Source: an uncultured Gemmatimonadales bacterium
GTDB lineage: Bacteria; Gemmatimonadota; Gemmatimonadetes; Gemmatimonadales; GWC2-71-9
Length of the DNA: 64,000 nucleotides
Reading direction: 5' to 3'
Assembly: GCA_963739455.1 (NCBI GenBank)
Contig: CAVUAK010000001.1
Coordinates: 160,001-224,000 of the forward strand
In this document: piece after piece, positions 23,495 through 32,600 of the stretch
Layout: each line of letters starts with the position of its first letter
Numbering within the stretch: the stretch's first letter is position 1
The notes under the pieces: model-generated
The model's input: only the letters and a program-made list of their open reading frames with translations
Database searches by the model: none
Told to the model about the DNA's origin: nothing
Program-made: the position numbers and the translations under genes

Positions 23495-26247
23495 CTAGCA
23501 CAGAAGCCCGCCTTTCATCCGCCCTGAGCGACCGATACCGCCTCGAGCGCGAGCTCGGCCAGGGCGGCATGGCCACCGTCTACCTGGCGGAAGACCTCAA
23601 GCACGGCCGCAAGGTCGCGATCAAGGTCCTCCATCCGGAGTTGAGCGCTGTTATCGGTGGCGATCGGTTCCTCGCCGAGATCAAGGTCACCGCCAGCCTG
23701 CAGCACCCCCACATCCTCGGCCTCATCGACTCCGGGGCAGTTCCTCTGAACCCTGAACTCTCAACCCCTAACCCTTCTGACGACTCACGACTGCCGACTG
23801 CCGGCTTGCTCTACTACGTCATGCCCTTTGTCGCGGGCGAATCCCTCCGCGCCCGCCTGACTCGCGAGAAGCAGCTCCCCGTTGACGATGCGATCCGTCT
23901 CGCGAAGGAAGTCGCCAACGCGCTCGACTACGCCCACCGCCACGGCGTCGTCCACCGCGACATCAAGCCGGAGAACATCCTGCTCCAGGAAGGCGCCGCC
24001 CTGGTCGCCGACTTCGGCATCGCGTTGGCGGTCCAGCAGGCCGGTGGCAGCCGCATGACCCAGACCGGCATGTCACTCGGTACGCCGGCGTACATGTCGC
24101 CCGAACAGGCAATGGGCGAACGCGAGATCGGCCCCCGCAGCGATGTGTATGCCCTGGGCGCCATGACGTACGAGATGCTCGCCGGCGAGCCCCCCTTCAT
24201 GGGCCCCAACTCCCAGGCCATCGTCGCGAAGGTGCTGACGGAGCAGCCACCGCTGTTGCGCCCCAAGCGTCCGCTGGTTTCTTCCGCCGTCGAAAACGCG
24301 ATCCTGACTGCCTTGCAGAAGTTGCCGGCCGATCGCTACGGCTCGGCGAAGGACTTCGCCGACGCCCTCGACGGAAAGGGCGGCACTTACGCCGCCACGG
24401 TGGCACTCGGTTCCACCCGCCCTACCCGCCCTACCCGCCTTACCCGCCCCGTCATGCTGGCCGCGCTCGCCCTGATCGCCACCGCCGCGGGCGTCGCCGG
24501 CTGGTTCATGCGAGGAGGCCCGCGCGCCTCGCCCGTAAGCCGCTTTTTTCTCTCCTTCCCCCCCGGCCAGGCTCCACGGGGCGAGATGCTCATCACCCAG
24601 GACGGATCGCGCCTCGTCTACGCCGGACCCGGCGACAGTGGCGTGCAGCTCTGGGTGAAGGAGCGCGCCAACAGCATCGCCACGCCGCTCGCCGGCACCA
24701 ACGGCGCGCAGGGACTCGGCCTCTCGCCCGATGGCAGCAAGGTCGCGTTCGTGCAGCACGAGCAGCTCATGTCGATACCGCTGGCAGGGGGACAGGTGTT
24801 CAAGGTCGCCGACAGCGCCTTCGCCACCGGCGCGGCCTGGCTCGACGACGGTACCATCGTGTACACCTCGCTCTCGTTCAACCTGATGCGCGTGAAGGAC
24901 ACGGGAGAGCGGCCGACGGTACTCTGGCACTCGAAGAATTCCAACAAGGCATCGGTGCTTCCGAGGCCGCTGCCGCAGGCGCGCGGCGTCATCTTCACCG
25001 ATTGCAGCTTCAACTGTGATCCCCAAGCCGACCTCTGGGTGTACGACGCGACGTCGGGTGCGACACGACTCCTGGTGCCGGGCGCGATAGGCGGATGGTA
25101 TCTCTCCTCGGGCCACCTCGCCTACGTGAAGCTGGATGGCGAACTGGTTGCTGCTCCCTTCGACGTGGCCAAGTTGGAGTTCAGGGGACCTCCCGTTCAA
25201 CTCATGGACGGGATCGGGCTCCAATTCGTGGTGCCGGTGCTGTCGTTCTCCGACGCTGGCACACTGGTGGCGCAAGTCGGGGCCGCGCGCCGCACCGATA
25301 TCCGGGGCCAGTACGAAATGGTGTGGATCGACCGCGCTGGAACACAGGAACCGGTCGACACCAGCTGGAAGTTCAAGCTCAGCATCTCCAACCTCAACCA
25401 AGGCTGGGCGCTTTCTCCCGACGGCACCCAGCTCGCCATCGGCCTCAATACCAAGTCAGGCGATGACATCTGGATCAAGCGATTGCCGACGGGCCCGCTC
25501 TCGCGCCTCACCTTTGACTCATTGCCCGAACAACGCCCCCACTGGACACCCGATGGCAGGTCCGTCACCTACATCGTCGATGGAACCGGCGGCCTGAAGG
25601 AACGCCGAGCCGATGGGACCGGCAGTGAGAAGGCACTCGTGTCGCCTCGCGTGGAGCAGGTGAACGATGCCGCCTGGTCACACGACGGCAAGTGGCTCGT
25701 GGCCCGGATCGGCGGCCTGAGTGGACTGCGCGGACCTCGCAACATCTACGCATGGCGGCCCGGCGTGGACAGTGGCCCCCTCCCGCTGCTCGCCAATCCG
25801 GCGTACGACGAAGCCGCCATGTCGCTCTCGCCCGATGACCGCTGGATCGCATACGAGTCCGACGAAACCGGGAAGAACGAGGTCTACATTCGACCTTTCC
25901 CCAACGTTGACGACGGCAAGTGGCAGGTCTCGAGCAACGGCGGACAGGCACCCCTCTGGGCGCATGGCGGGAAGGAATTGTTCTACGTCGACGGGAACCG
26001 GAGCATGGTCGCCGTCCCCGTGACCGGGGGCGCCTCCATCACGCTCGGGAGCGCCAAGACGCTCTTTCCGCTCCCGGGGAACATCCTCCTCGCTCCCGAT
26101 GAGCATTACACCCCGTTCGACGTCTCGCCCGACGACCGGCGCTTTATCATGGTGCGCGAGGTCGGTGGAAAGTCCCGCGACGACGTGGCGGTGCTGCTGG
26201 TCGAAAACTGGTTTGCTGATGTGAAGTCGAAGCTCGGTGCGAAATGA
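23491..26247 (+). CDS. Ser/Thr protein kinase K6: kinase-TM-PD40 propellers
   Basis: Intact 918-aa ORF with all kinase motifs and SPD repeats. Confidence 0.93.
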   Translation: MTSTEARLSSALSDRYRLERELGQGGMATVYLAEDLKHGRKVAIKVLHPELSAVIGGDRFLAEIKVTASLQHPHILGLIDSGAVPLNPELSTPNPSDDSRLPTAGLLYYVMPFVAGESLRARLTREKQLPVDDAIRLAKEVANALDYAHRHGVVHRDIKPENILLQEGAALVADFGIALAVQQAGGSRMTQTGMSLGTPAYMSPEQAMGEREIGPRSDVYALGAMTYEMLAGEPPFMGPNSQAIVAKVLTEQPPLLRPKRPLVSSAVENAILTALQKLPADRYGSAKDFADALDGKGGTYAATVALGSTRPTRPTRLTRPVMLAALALIATAAGVAGWFMRGGPRASPVSRFFLSFPPGQAPRGEMLITQDGSRLVYAGPGDSGVQLWVKERANSIATPLAGTNGAQGLGLSPDGSKVAFVQHEQLMSIPLAGGQVFKVADSAFATGAAWLDDGTIVYTSLSFNLMRVKDTGERPTVLWHSKNSNKASVLPRPLPQARGVIFTDCSFNCDPQADLWVYDATSGATRLLVPGAIGGWYLSSGHLAYVKLDGELVAAPFDVAKLEFRGPPVQLMDGIGLQFVVPVLSFSDAGTLVAQVGAARRTDIRGQYEMVWIDRAGTQEPVDTSWKFKLSISNLNQGWALSPDGTQLAIGLNTKSGDDIWIKRLPTGPLSRLTFDSLPEQRPHWTPDGRSVTYIVDGTGGLKERRADGTGSEKALVSPRVEQVNDAAWSHDGKWLVARIGGLSGLRGPRNIYAWRPGVDSGPLPLLANPAYDEAAMSLSPDDRWIAYESDETGKNEVYIRPFPNVDDGKWQVSSNGGQAPLWAHGGKELFYVDGNRSMVAVPVTGGASITLGSAKTLFPLPGNILLAPDEHYTPFDVSPDDRRFIMVREVGGKSRDDVAVLLVENWFADVKSKLGAK
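23737..23805 (+). repeat. In-frame heptamer-repeat insert in K6 kinase loop
   Basis: GCAGTT CCT CTGAACC CTGAACT CTCAACC CCTAACC CTT CTGACGA CTCACGA CTGCCGA CTGCCGG. Confidence 0.85.
24415..24450 (+). repeat. Nonamer repeat ACCCGCCYT x4 in K6 linker
   Basis: TCGGTT CC then four units, encoding TRPTRPTRLTRP. Confidence 0.9.
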
Positions 26248-28913
26248 CCCCCGACCGCCTCGCCAAAGCCCTCGCTGACCGCTATCGTATCATTCGCGAG
26301 CTCGGCCAGGGCGGCATGGCCACCGTCTATCTCGCCGAGGACCTCAAGCACCACCGCCAGGTCGCCATCAAGGTTCTCCGTCCCGAACTCGCCGCTGCAC
26401 TCGGCGCTGATCGCTTCCTCCGCGAAATCGAGACGACGGCCAACCTTCGCCACCCCCACATCCTCCCGTTGTTTGACAGTGGCGCGCTGCCGACTGACGC
26501 ACGACTGCCGACTGCCGACTCACGACTCCTGTTCTACGTCATGCCCTTCGTCGATGGCGAAAGCCTCCGCTCCCGCCTCGACCGCGAAAAGCAGCTCCCC
26601 ATCGATGACGCACTCCAGATCGCTCGCGAAGTCGCCGATGCCCTGAGCTACGCCCACGCTCACGGCGTCATTCATCGCGACATCAAGCCGGAGAACATCC
26701 TCCTCGAGAGCGGGCACGCCGTCGTCGCCGACTTCGGCATCGCCAGGGCCATCAACGCTGCTTCTGGTGACAAGCTGACCGAGACCGGCATGGCCATCGG
26801 CACCGTGACGTACATGAGTCCCGAACAGGCCGCCGGTCAGCAGGACCTCGACGGCCGGAGTGATCTCTACGCCCTCGGTTGCGTGCTTTACGAAATGCTC
26901 GCGGGACAGGCCCCGTTCACCGGGCCCACCGTCGAGAGCATCGTGCACCAGCACCTGGTCGCGAACGCGCCGCCGATCACGCAGCTGCGCCCCGCCGTGC
27001 CGGCCGACGTCGCTGCGGCCCTGCAGCGTGCGCTTGCCAAGACCCCCGCCGATCGTTTCAACCCGGTGGCGCAGTTTGCCAGCGCCCTGCAGCCGCGCAC
27101 CATCGCGGCGACCGCACCGATCACGACGAGTGCTCCCCGCAATCGCGCGCTGCTGATCGGTGCATCGCTCACGGCGCTGGCAGCCCTGGGCTTCCTCGTT
27201 CTTCGCGCGCGGAACGCAGCAGCCAATGCGCTCCCGGTCATCGGCAAGACCATTCAGGTGACGCGCGCCCCCGGGCTCGAGGTTGACCCCGCCCTGTCGC
27301 CCGATGGCGAGAACATCGCCTATGCCGCCGGTCCCCCCACTGCCATGCAGGTCTACGTTCGCCAGGTCACTGGTGGTCGTGAGGTGGCACTCACCAGTGA
27401 CACGACCGGGAATTTCCGCTCGCCTCGCTGGTCGCCCGACGGATCCCAGATCGCGTATCAGTCCAATGACGGCATTTATCTCGTGCCGGCGCTCGGCGGG
27501 GTTCCACGCCGGGTGGCCCGCGCCGACAAGTCCATGCTTTTCCACGGCCAGGAATCAGTGACGCCACTGTCCGGGCTCGACTGGTCGCCCGATGGGTCAC
27601 GGTTGGCCTGGACCGCTGGCTACAACAGCGACGTAGTCACGGTGCTGACGCTCGCGAGCGGCGGGACGGTGACACTCCCCGCGCCCGCCGCAGCCTTCTC
27701 ACCGGCGTGGTCCCCTGATGGTCGCAGCATCGCCGTTTCGTCTGGTGACCCTGCATTCGTCTTCGGTACCGGCTATTTCGGGAACGTCGCCACGTCCTCT
27801 CTCTGGATGGTGCATCTCGACGGAACAGCGCCGACACCGGTAACGGCTGACAGTTCCCTGAATGTGGGGCCCCAGTGGTCACCCGACGGGCGCGCGCTGT
27901 TCTGGGTCTCGGATCGCGAGGGCAGCCGCGACATCTATCGCCAGCGCATCGGTGCGAATGGCGCCGCGCAGGGCACGCCCCAGCGCCTCACCACCGGAAC
28001 CGACGCGCACGGGATCAGTCTGAGCCGGAAGGGCGGACGCATGGCGTATTCCAGGCTCACGACCTACTCCAGCATCTGGTCCATTCCCGTGCCGGCCCGG
28101 GGCCCAGTCTCCATTCGGGGCGCGACGCGCATCACGACCGGGAACGAGACCATCGAGGACGTGGACGTCTCCCCTGATGGCCGCTGGCTGGCTTTTGACT
28201 CCGACCGGGGCGGAAACCCCGACCTGTACATCATGCCCGCGGCTGGTGGCGACGCACGCCAGATCACCACCGATCCAGCCGGCGACTTCAGCCCCACGTG
28301 GTCACCTGACGGACGCAGGATCCTTTTTCACTCACTCCGCAATGGCAGCCGCGACATCTACACCGTAGACACCGACGGCACGGGGCTCACCCGCTGGACC
28401 TCGTCCCCGGACGAGGAACTCGATTCCGGATGGTTCCCGGATGGCGAGACGATCCTGTTCACCGTGTTCGAACCTGGAAGGGCGGGATTCGGCATCCTGC
28501 ACCTGGTGCCCGATGCGAAGGTCAGCTTCCTGCCAGTGACTCAGGGCGACTACGGCATCTCCACGCCTGACGGCAGGGGCATCGTGTATCACGGCGCTGA
28601 CGGGTTGCATCTGTTGAAGGTGGCTGGCGGGGCCGATGCCCTCCTCGTCTCCAACGCCACCGAAAATGCCGAAGTGGTCTACGCAGACTGGTCACCAGAT
28701 GGGTCGACGCTCTACTTCCTGGCCCGGGCTCGGCAGGGCTGGTCGATCAGGTCCATGCCGGCGGCGGGTGGCGCGAGTACCGTACTGGTAGACTTCGACG
28801 ACCCCGCCCGCCAGCATACCAAGTACGGCTTCACCACCGATGGGAAGATCTTCTACTTCACGGTCGGCACACCCGAGAGCGACATCTGGGTCGCCAACCT
28901 GACGAAGCCTTGA
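26244..28913 (+). CDS. Ser/Thr protein kinase K7: kinase-TM-TolB/PD40 propellers
   Basis: Intact 889-aa ORF; WSPDG repeats. Confidence 0.93.
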   Translation: MTPDRLAKALADRYRIIRELGQGGMATVYLAEDLKHHRQVAIKVLRPELAAALGADRFLREIETTANLRHPHILPLFDSGALPTDARLPTADSRLLFYVMPFVDGESLRSRLDREKQLPIDDALQIAREVADALSYAHAHGVIHRDIKPENILLESGHAVVADFGIARAINAASGDKLTETGMAIGTVTYMSPEQAAGQQDLDGRSDLYALGCVLYEMLAGQAPFTGPTVESIVHQHLVANAPPITQLRPAVPADVAAALQRALAKTPADRFNPVAQFASALQPRTIAATAPITTSAPRNRALLIGASLTALAALGFLVLRARNAAANALPVIGKTIQVTRAPGLEVDPALSPDGENIAYAAGPPTAMQVYVRQVTGGREVALTSDTTGNFRSPRWSPDGSQIAYQSNDGIYLVPALGGVPRRVARADKSMLFHGQESVTPLSGLDWSPDGSRLAWTAGYNSDVVTVLTLASGGTVTLPAPAAAFSPAWSPDGRSIAVSSGDPAFVFGTGYFGNVATSSLWMVHLDGTAPTPVTADSSLNVGPQWSPDGRALFWVSDREGSRDIYRQRIGANGAAQGTPQRLTTGTDAHGISLSRKGGRMAYSRLTTYSSIWSIPVPARGPVSIRGATRITTGNETIEDVDVSPDGRWLAFDSDRGGNPDLYIMPAAGGDARQITTDPAGDFSPTWSPDGRRILFHSLRNGSRDIYTVDTDGTGLTRWTSSPDEELDSGWFPDGETILFTVFEPGRAGFGILHLVPDAKVSFLPVTQGDYGISTPDGRGIVYHGADGLHLLKVAGGADALLVSNATENAEVVYADWSPDGSTLYFLARARQGWSIRSMPAAGGASTVLVDFDDPARQHTKYGFTTDGKIFYFTVGTPESDIWVANLTKP
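26484..26525 (+). repeat. In-frame heptamer-repeat insert in K7 kinase loop
   Basis: CTGCCGA CTGACG CACGA CTGCCGA CTGCCGA CTCACGA. Confidence 0.85.
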
Positions 28914-31525
28914 GCAATATCGAAGCGCGCCTCGCCGCATCCCTGTCCGACCGCTACCGCATCGAGCGCGAACTCGGTGCCGGCGGCATGGCCACGGTCT
29001 ACCTCGCCGAGGATCTCAAGCACGGCCGCAAGGTCGCGATCAAGGTGCTCCGCCCTGAACTCTCCGCCGTGATCGGCAGTGAGCGCTTCCTCTCCGAGAT
29101 CAAGACCACGGCCGGCCTCCAGCACCCCCACATTCTGGGACTCATCGATTCCGGGTCAGTTCCTCTGAACTCTGGACCCTCAACTCCTAACCCTTCTGAC
29201 GACTCACGACTGCCGACTGCCGACTTGCTCTACTACGTCATGCCCTTCATCGAGGGCGAGACCCTTCGGGCTCGCCTCGAGCGCGAGAAGCAACTCCCAA
29301 TCGACGACGCCATTCGCCTCACCCGGGAAGTCGCCTCCGCCCTCGAGTTCGCCCACAAGCGCGGCATCGTCCATCGCGACATCAAGCCCGAGAACATCCT
29401 CCTGCAGGACGGCCAGGCCCTCGTCGCCGACTTCGGCATCGCACTCGCCACCAGTCAAGCCGGCTCTCGCATGACCCAGACCGGCATGTCGATCGGCACG
29501 CCCGCCTACATGTCGCCCGAACAGGCCATGGGCGATCGCGACATCGGTCCCCGCAGCGATGTCTACGCACTCGGTGCCCTGGCATACGAGATGCTGACTG
29601 GTGAACCGCCCTTCACCGGCCTCAACTCCCAGTCCATCGTCGCCAAGGTGCTGACAGAGCAACCACCGCAGTTGCGCCTGCGGCGTCCGATGGTTTCCCC
29701 CGCCGTTGAAGCCGCGGTGCTTACCGCTCTTCAAAAGCTCCCCGCCGATCGCTTCGCCAGCGCGAAGGATTTCGCCGACGCCCTTTCAAGTCCTCACGTC
29801 CTCACGCCCTCACGTCATCCTGAGCGCAGCGAAGGACCTCCCCGCCCTCCCCGCCATCCCCGCCTCGGACTCATCGCGGCCATCGCACTCATCTCCACCG
29901 CCGCGGGGTTCGCAGGTTGGTTCATGCTCAGAAGCACGCGCGCAGCGCCCGCCGCGCAAAGCGACCCCCACTCCCGCACCATCGCCGTCCTCCCCTTTCG
30001 CAACATCTCCCAGGACACCGCGCAGCAGTACTTCAGCGCCGGCATGACCGAGGAGATCGCCTCGCAACTCTCGCGCGTCGGTGCACTGCATGTGCTCGGC
30101 AGCTCTGCCACCGCGCAGTATGAGGGAAAGCCCGATCGCCTGCAGCGCATGGGCAGCGAACTGGGTGTTGGAAGCGTCGTGGAAGGGAGCGTGCGCCTGG
30201 CCGGTGACCAGGTGCGCATCGGGGTGGAGCTGACGGACGTGAAGACCGGCCAAAGGCTCTGGTCGGAACAGTATGATCGCAAGATCGACGATGTCTTCGC
30301 CGTGCAGGGCGACGTCGCACGAAACGTCTCGTCCGCCCTTCAGGCCACGCTCACCCCCATGGAAATGGGCCGCGTTGGTCATGTCGCCACCAGCAACACG
30401 GAGGCATACCAGCTCTATCTCCGCGCCCTCTCCGAGAAGCCGTTCCTGCGCGCCGGCAACGTCGCCCAGGCGGCGTTGCTGCGGCAGGCGATCCAGCTTG
30501 ATACCACCTTCGCCTCGGCGTGGGCCATGCTGGCCCGCAACAGGATGTTTCGCGGAGTCGCCGGCGAGCCTTCGTACATCGATTCGGGGTTCGTCGCGGC
30601 ACGAAAGGCCATCGCGCTCGATCCCGATGAGGCCCTCGGATACTTCGCCCTGGGAGATCTCCTGTCCAGCCGGCAGCAGCTCTCCGAGGCGCGTCGCTCG
30701 TACCTCAAGGCACTGGAACTGAATCCTGGCCACTTCGGCGCCATGGCCGATCTCGCCAATGTCTACTGGGCACTGGGTCGTTTCGACGAGGCACTCGACT
30801 GGGCCCTTCGCTCCCAGCAGCTCGACCCCAACCACCCGCACGGGCCGTATCACACCGGGCTGCCGTTGCTGGGCCTGGGCGATGACTCGGCCACGGCCCG
30901 GTATCTCCTCGCCGCGGAGCAGAAGTTCCCGGATCAACCACGGATTCAGGGCCTGCTGGTCTGGTTGGATATGCGACGCGGGCGGAATGCCCCTGCCACC
31001 GAGCGCGCGAAGCAACTCGTGCTGAACGAGCCCGACAACACCGAGGTTCCGCCCATCCGGGCCGAGCTGGCGGTGTTCACCAATGATCCCGACGCGGAAG
31101 GACTCATCGATCCCCTCGCCCGGAAGGACCCCGAGGCCGCCGGCCAGATGTTTCCCGAGTCCCTGCGATCGATGTACGCTCTCACCTTGAAGCGCCAGGG
31201 CAAGCAAGGTGAAGCGTCTGCGCTGTGGGAAGAATCCTCGAAGGCTGCACAGCGGAGGGTCGCCGATGGCCAGGAAGGCTCCAACGCGCCGATGGAGCTC
31301 GCGGCCATCAGCGCCATCGAGGGCCGCACCACCGAAGCACTCGACTGGCTGGAAAAGGGCTACCGCGCCGGCTGGAGGGACGCCGTGCTCCTCGAAATGG
31401 ATCCCTTCTTCGCATCGGTGCGACAGGAACCGCGCTACAAGGCCGTCGTTGCCTCGATCCAGCAGGACTTGAAGGAGATGCACGCTCGCGCCGCGGCGGC
31501 CCATCCCGATATTTTCACTCCATGA
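28910..31525 (+). CDS. Ser/Thr protein kinase K8: kinase-TM-TolB-N-like-TPR
   Basis: Intact 871-aa ORF; IAVLPFRN, YFSAGMTEE, TPR-like helices. Confidence 0.93.
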   Translation: MSNIEARLAASLSDRYRIERELGAGGMATVYLAEDLKHGRKVAIKVLRPELSAVIGSERFLSEIKTTAGLQHPHILGLIDSGSVPLNSGPSTPNPSDDSRLPTADLLYYVMPFIEGETLRARLEREKQLPIDDAIRLTREVASALEFAHKRGIVHRDIKPENILLQDGQALVADFGIALATSQAGSRMTQTGMSIGTPAYMSPEQAMGDRDIGPRSDVYALGALAYEMLTGEPPFTGLNSQSIVAKVLTEQPPQLRLRRPMVSPAVEAAVLTALQKLPADRFASAKDFADALSSPHVLTPSRHPERSEGPPRPPRHPRLGLIAAIALISTAAGFAGWFMLRSTRAAPAAQSDPHSRTIAVLPFRNISQDTAQQYFSAGMTEEIASQLSRVGALHVLGSSATAQYEGKPDRLQRMGSELGVGSVVEGSVRLAGDQVRIGVELTDVKTGQRLWSEQYDRKIDDVFAVQGDVARNVSSALQATLTPMEMGRVGHVATSNTEAYQLYLRALSEKPFLRAGNVAQAALLRQAIQLDTTFASAWAMLARNRMFRGVAGEPSYIDSGFVAARKAIALDPDEALGYFALGDLLSSRQQLSEARRSYLKALELNPGHFGAMADLANVYWALGRFDEALDWALRSQQLDPNHPHGPYHTGLPLLGLGDDSATARYLLAAEQKFPDQPRIQGLLVWLDMRRGRNAPATERAKQLVLNEPDNTEVPPIRAELAVFTNDPDAEGLIDPLARKDPEAAGQMFPESLRSMYALTLKRQGKQGEASALWEESSKAAQRRVADGQEGSNAPMELAAISAIEGRTTEALDWLEKGYRAGWRDAVLLEMDPFFASVRQEPRYKAVVASIQQDLKEMHARAAAAHPDIFTP
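29156..29224 (+). repeat. In-frame heptamer-repeat insert in K8 kinase loop
   Basis: TCAGTT CCT CTGAACT CTGGACC CTCAACT CCTAACC CTT CTGACGA CTCACGA CTGCCGA x2. Confidence 0.85.
29785..29865 (+). repeat. Composite in-frame insert in K8 linker: octamer x4, REP-like hairpin, nonamer x3
   Basis: TTCAAGTC CTCACGTC CTCACGCC CTCACGTC / ATCCTGAGCGCAGCGAAGGACCT / CCCCGCCCT CCCCGCCAT CCCCGCCT. Confidence 0.88.
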
Positions 31526-32049
31526 ACTTCACTCTCGCCGGTTCCACTGACGTCCTCCGCCGAACCCCATCGGCCCTGACCGCGCTGCTCCACGGCATCG
31601 ACGACGCTTGGGCCCGCGCCAACGAGGGCCCCGACACCTTCAGCCCATTCGACGTGGTTGGTCACTTGATTGATGGGGAAGAAACCGACTGGATCCCCCG
31701 CGCCCTGCTCATCCGCGCACGCGATGACGCCCCCTTTGCGCCTTACGATCGCTTCCGCCATCGCGAACGCAATGTCGGACGCACTCTCGATTCACTGCTG
31801 GAGGAGTTCGCTCGCCTCCGCGCCACGAATCTCGAGCTGCTCCACTCGTGGAATCTCTCCGACGCGGAGCTCGACCTGCGCGGTCTGCACCCCACCTTCG
31901 GCGCCGTCACCCTGCGCCAGCTGCTCGCCACCTGGACCGCCCATGACCTCGGCCACATCGCCCAGGTCGCGCGGGTCATGGCAAAGCACTATCGAGACGA
32001 GGTCGGCCCCTGGAAGGAATTTCTCCCAGTGCTGGCCGACCGGAAATGA
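31522..32049 (+). CDS. DinB family protein
   Basis: VVGHLIDGEETDW and WTAHDLGHIAQ metal-binding histidines. Confidence 0.88.
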   Translation: MNFTLAGSTDVLRRTPSALTALLHGIDDAWARANEGPDTFSPFDVVGHLIDGEETDWIPRALLIRARDDAPFAPYDRFRHRERNVGRTLDSLLEEFARLRATNLELLHSWNLSDAELDLRGLHPTFGAVTLRQLLATWTAHDLGHIAQVARVMAKHYRDEVGPWKEFLPVLADRK

Positions 32050-32597
32050 CACAGCCTCCGCGAGATACCCACTGGGAGGAAATGCCGGGACAGAAGCAGT
32101 CCGGACCGCTCGTCGGTATTCGTGGTTGGCTCCTGTTCTACGTAGCTGGTGCCTGTTTCGCCCCCGCCAATGCCTTCTCTGCCACCGCTGACCTCAGCAG
32201 CACCATCGAGGCGATCAAGGGAGCATGGGCCCATTCGCTTCCCTGGACTTTGGGCTTGGTGTCGTCGCTGTTCGTGCAGGGAGGTATCGCGGTCGGCTCC
32301 GTGTACGGGCTCTACCTGATTTTCACTCAGAACCGGGCAACTCGAGCATTCCATGTCGCGCTCTGGCAGGCAGCAGCAGTTGCAAGCCTGGTTTGCGCCG
32401 CCTGTCTGATGCTCGGCAGCACAGCGATGGCGGGGCACATTCCGCTCACCGTGAACGGAACCGTGGTTCAGGCCGGGCTGCCACCCTTCCTCGTCACTCT
32501 GCCGCACCTGGGCCTCGCCGCGACTGCAGCGATCTGGTGGCAATACTGGAAGAAGTCAGTGCGGGTCCGTAACACGTTCCCGGGCAACGATCCATAG
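32046..32597 (+). CDS. Membrane protein, DUF2569-like
   Basis: GIRGWLLF at the N-terminus and W..YWKKSVRVRNTF at the C-terminus; four hydrophobic segments. Confidence 0.65.
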   Translation: MTQPPRDTHWEEMPGQKQSGPLVGIRGWLLFYVAGACFAPANAFSATADLSSTIEAIKGAWAHSLPWTLGLVSSLFVQGGIAVGSVYGLYLIFTQNRATRAFHVALWQAAAVASLVCAACLMLGSTAMAGHIPLTVNGTVVQAGLPPFLVTLPHLGLAATAAIWWQYWKKSVRVRNTFPGNDP

Positions 32598-32600
32598 CCA

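Noticed and set aside
8480..31525. Diversity-generating retroelement acting on the kinases
   Set aside because: No reverse transcriptase, and no template/variable repeat pair differing only at adenines was seen.
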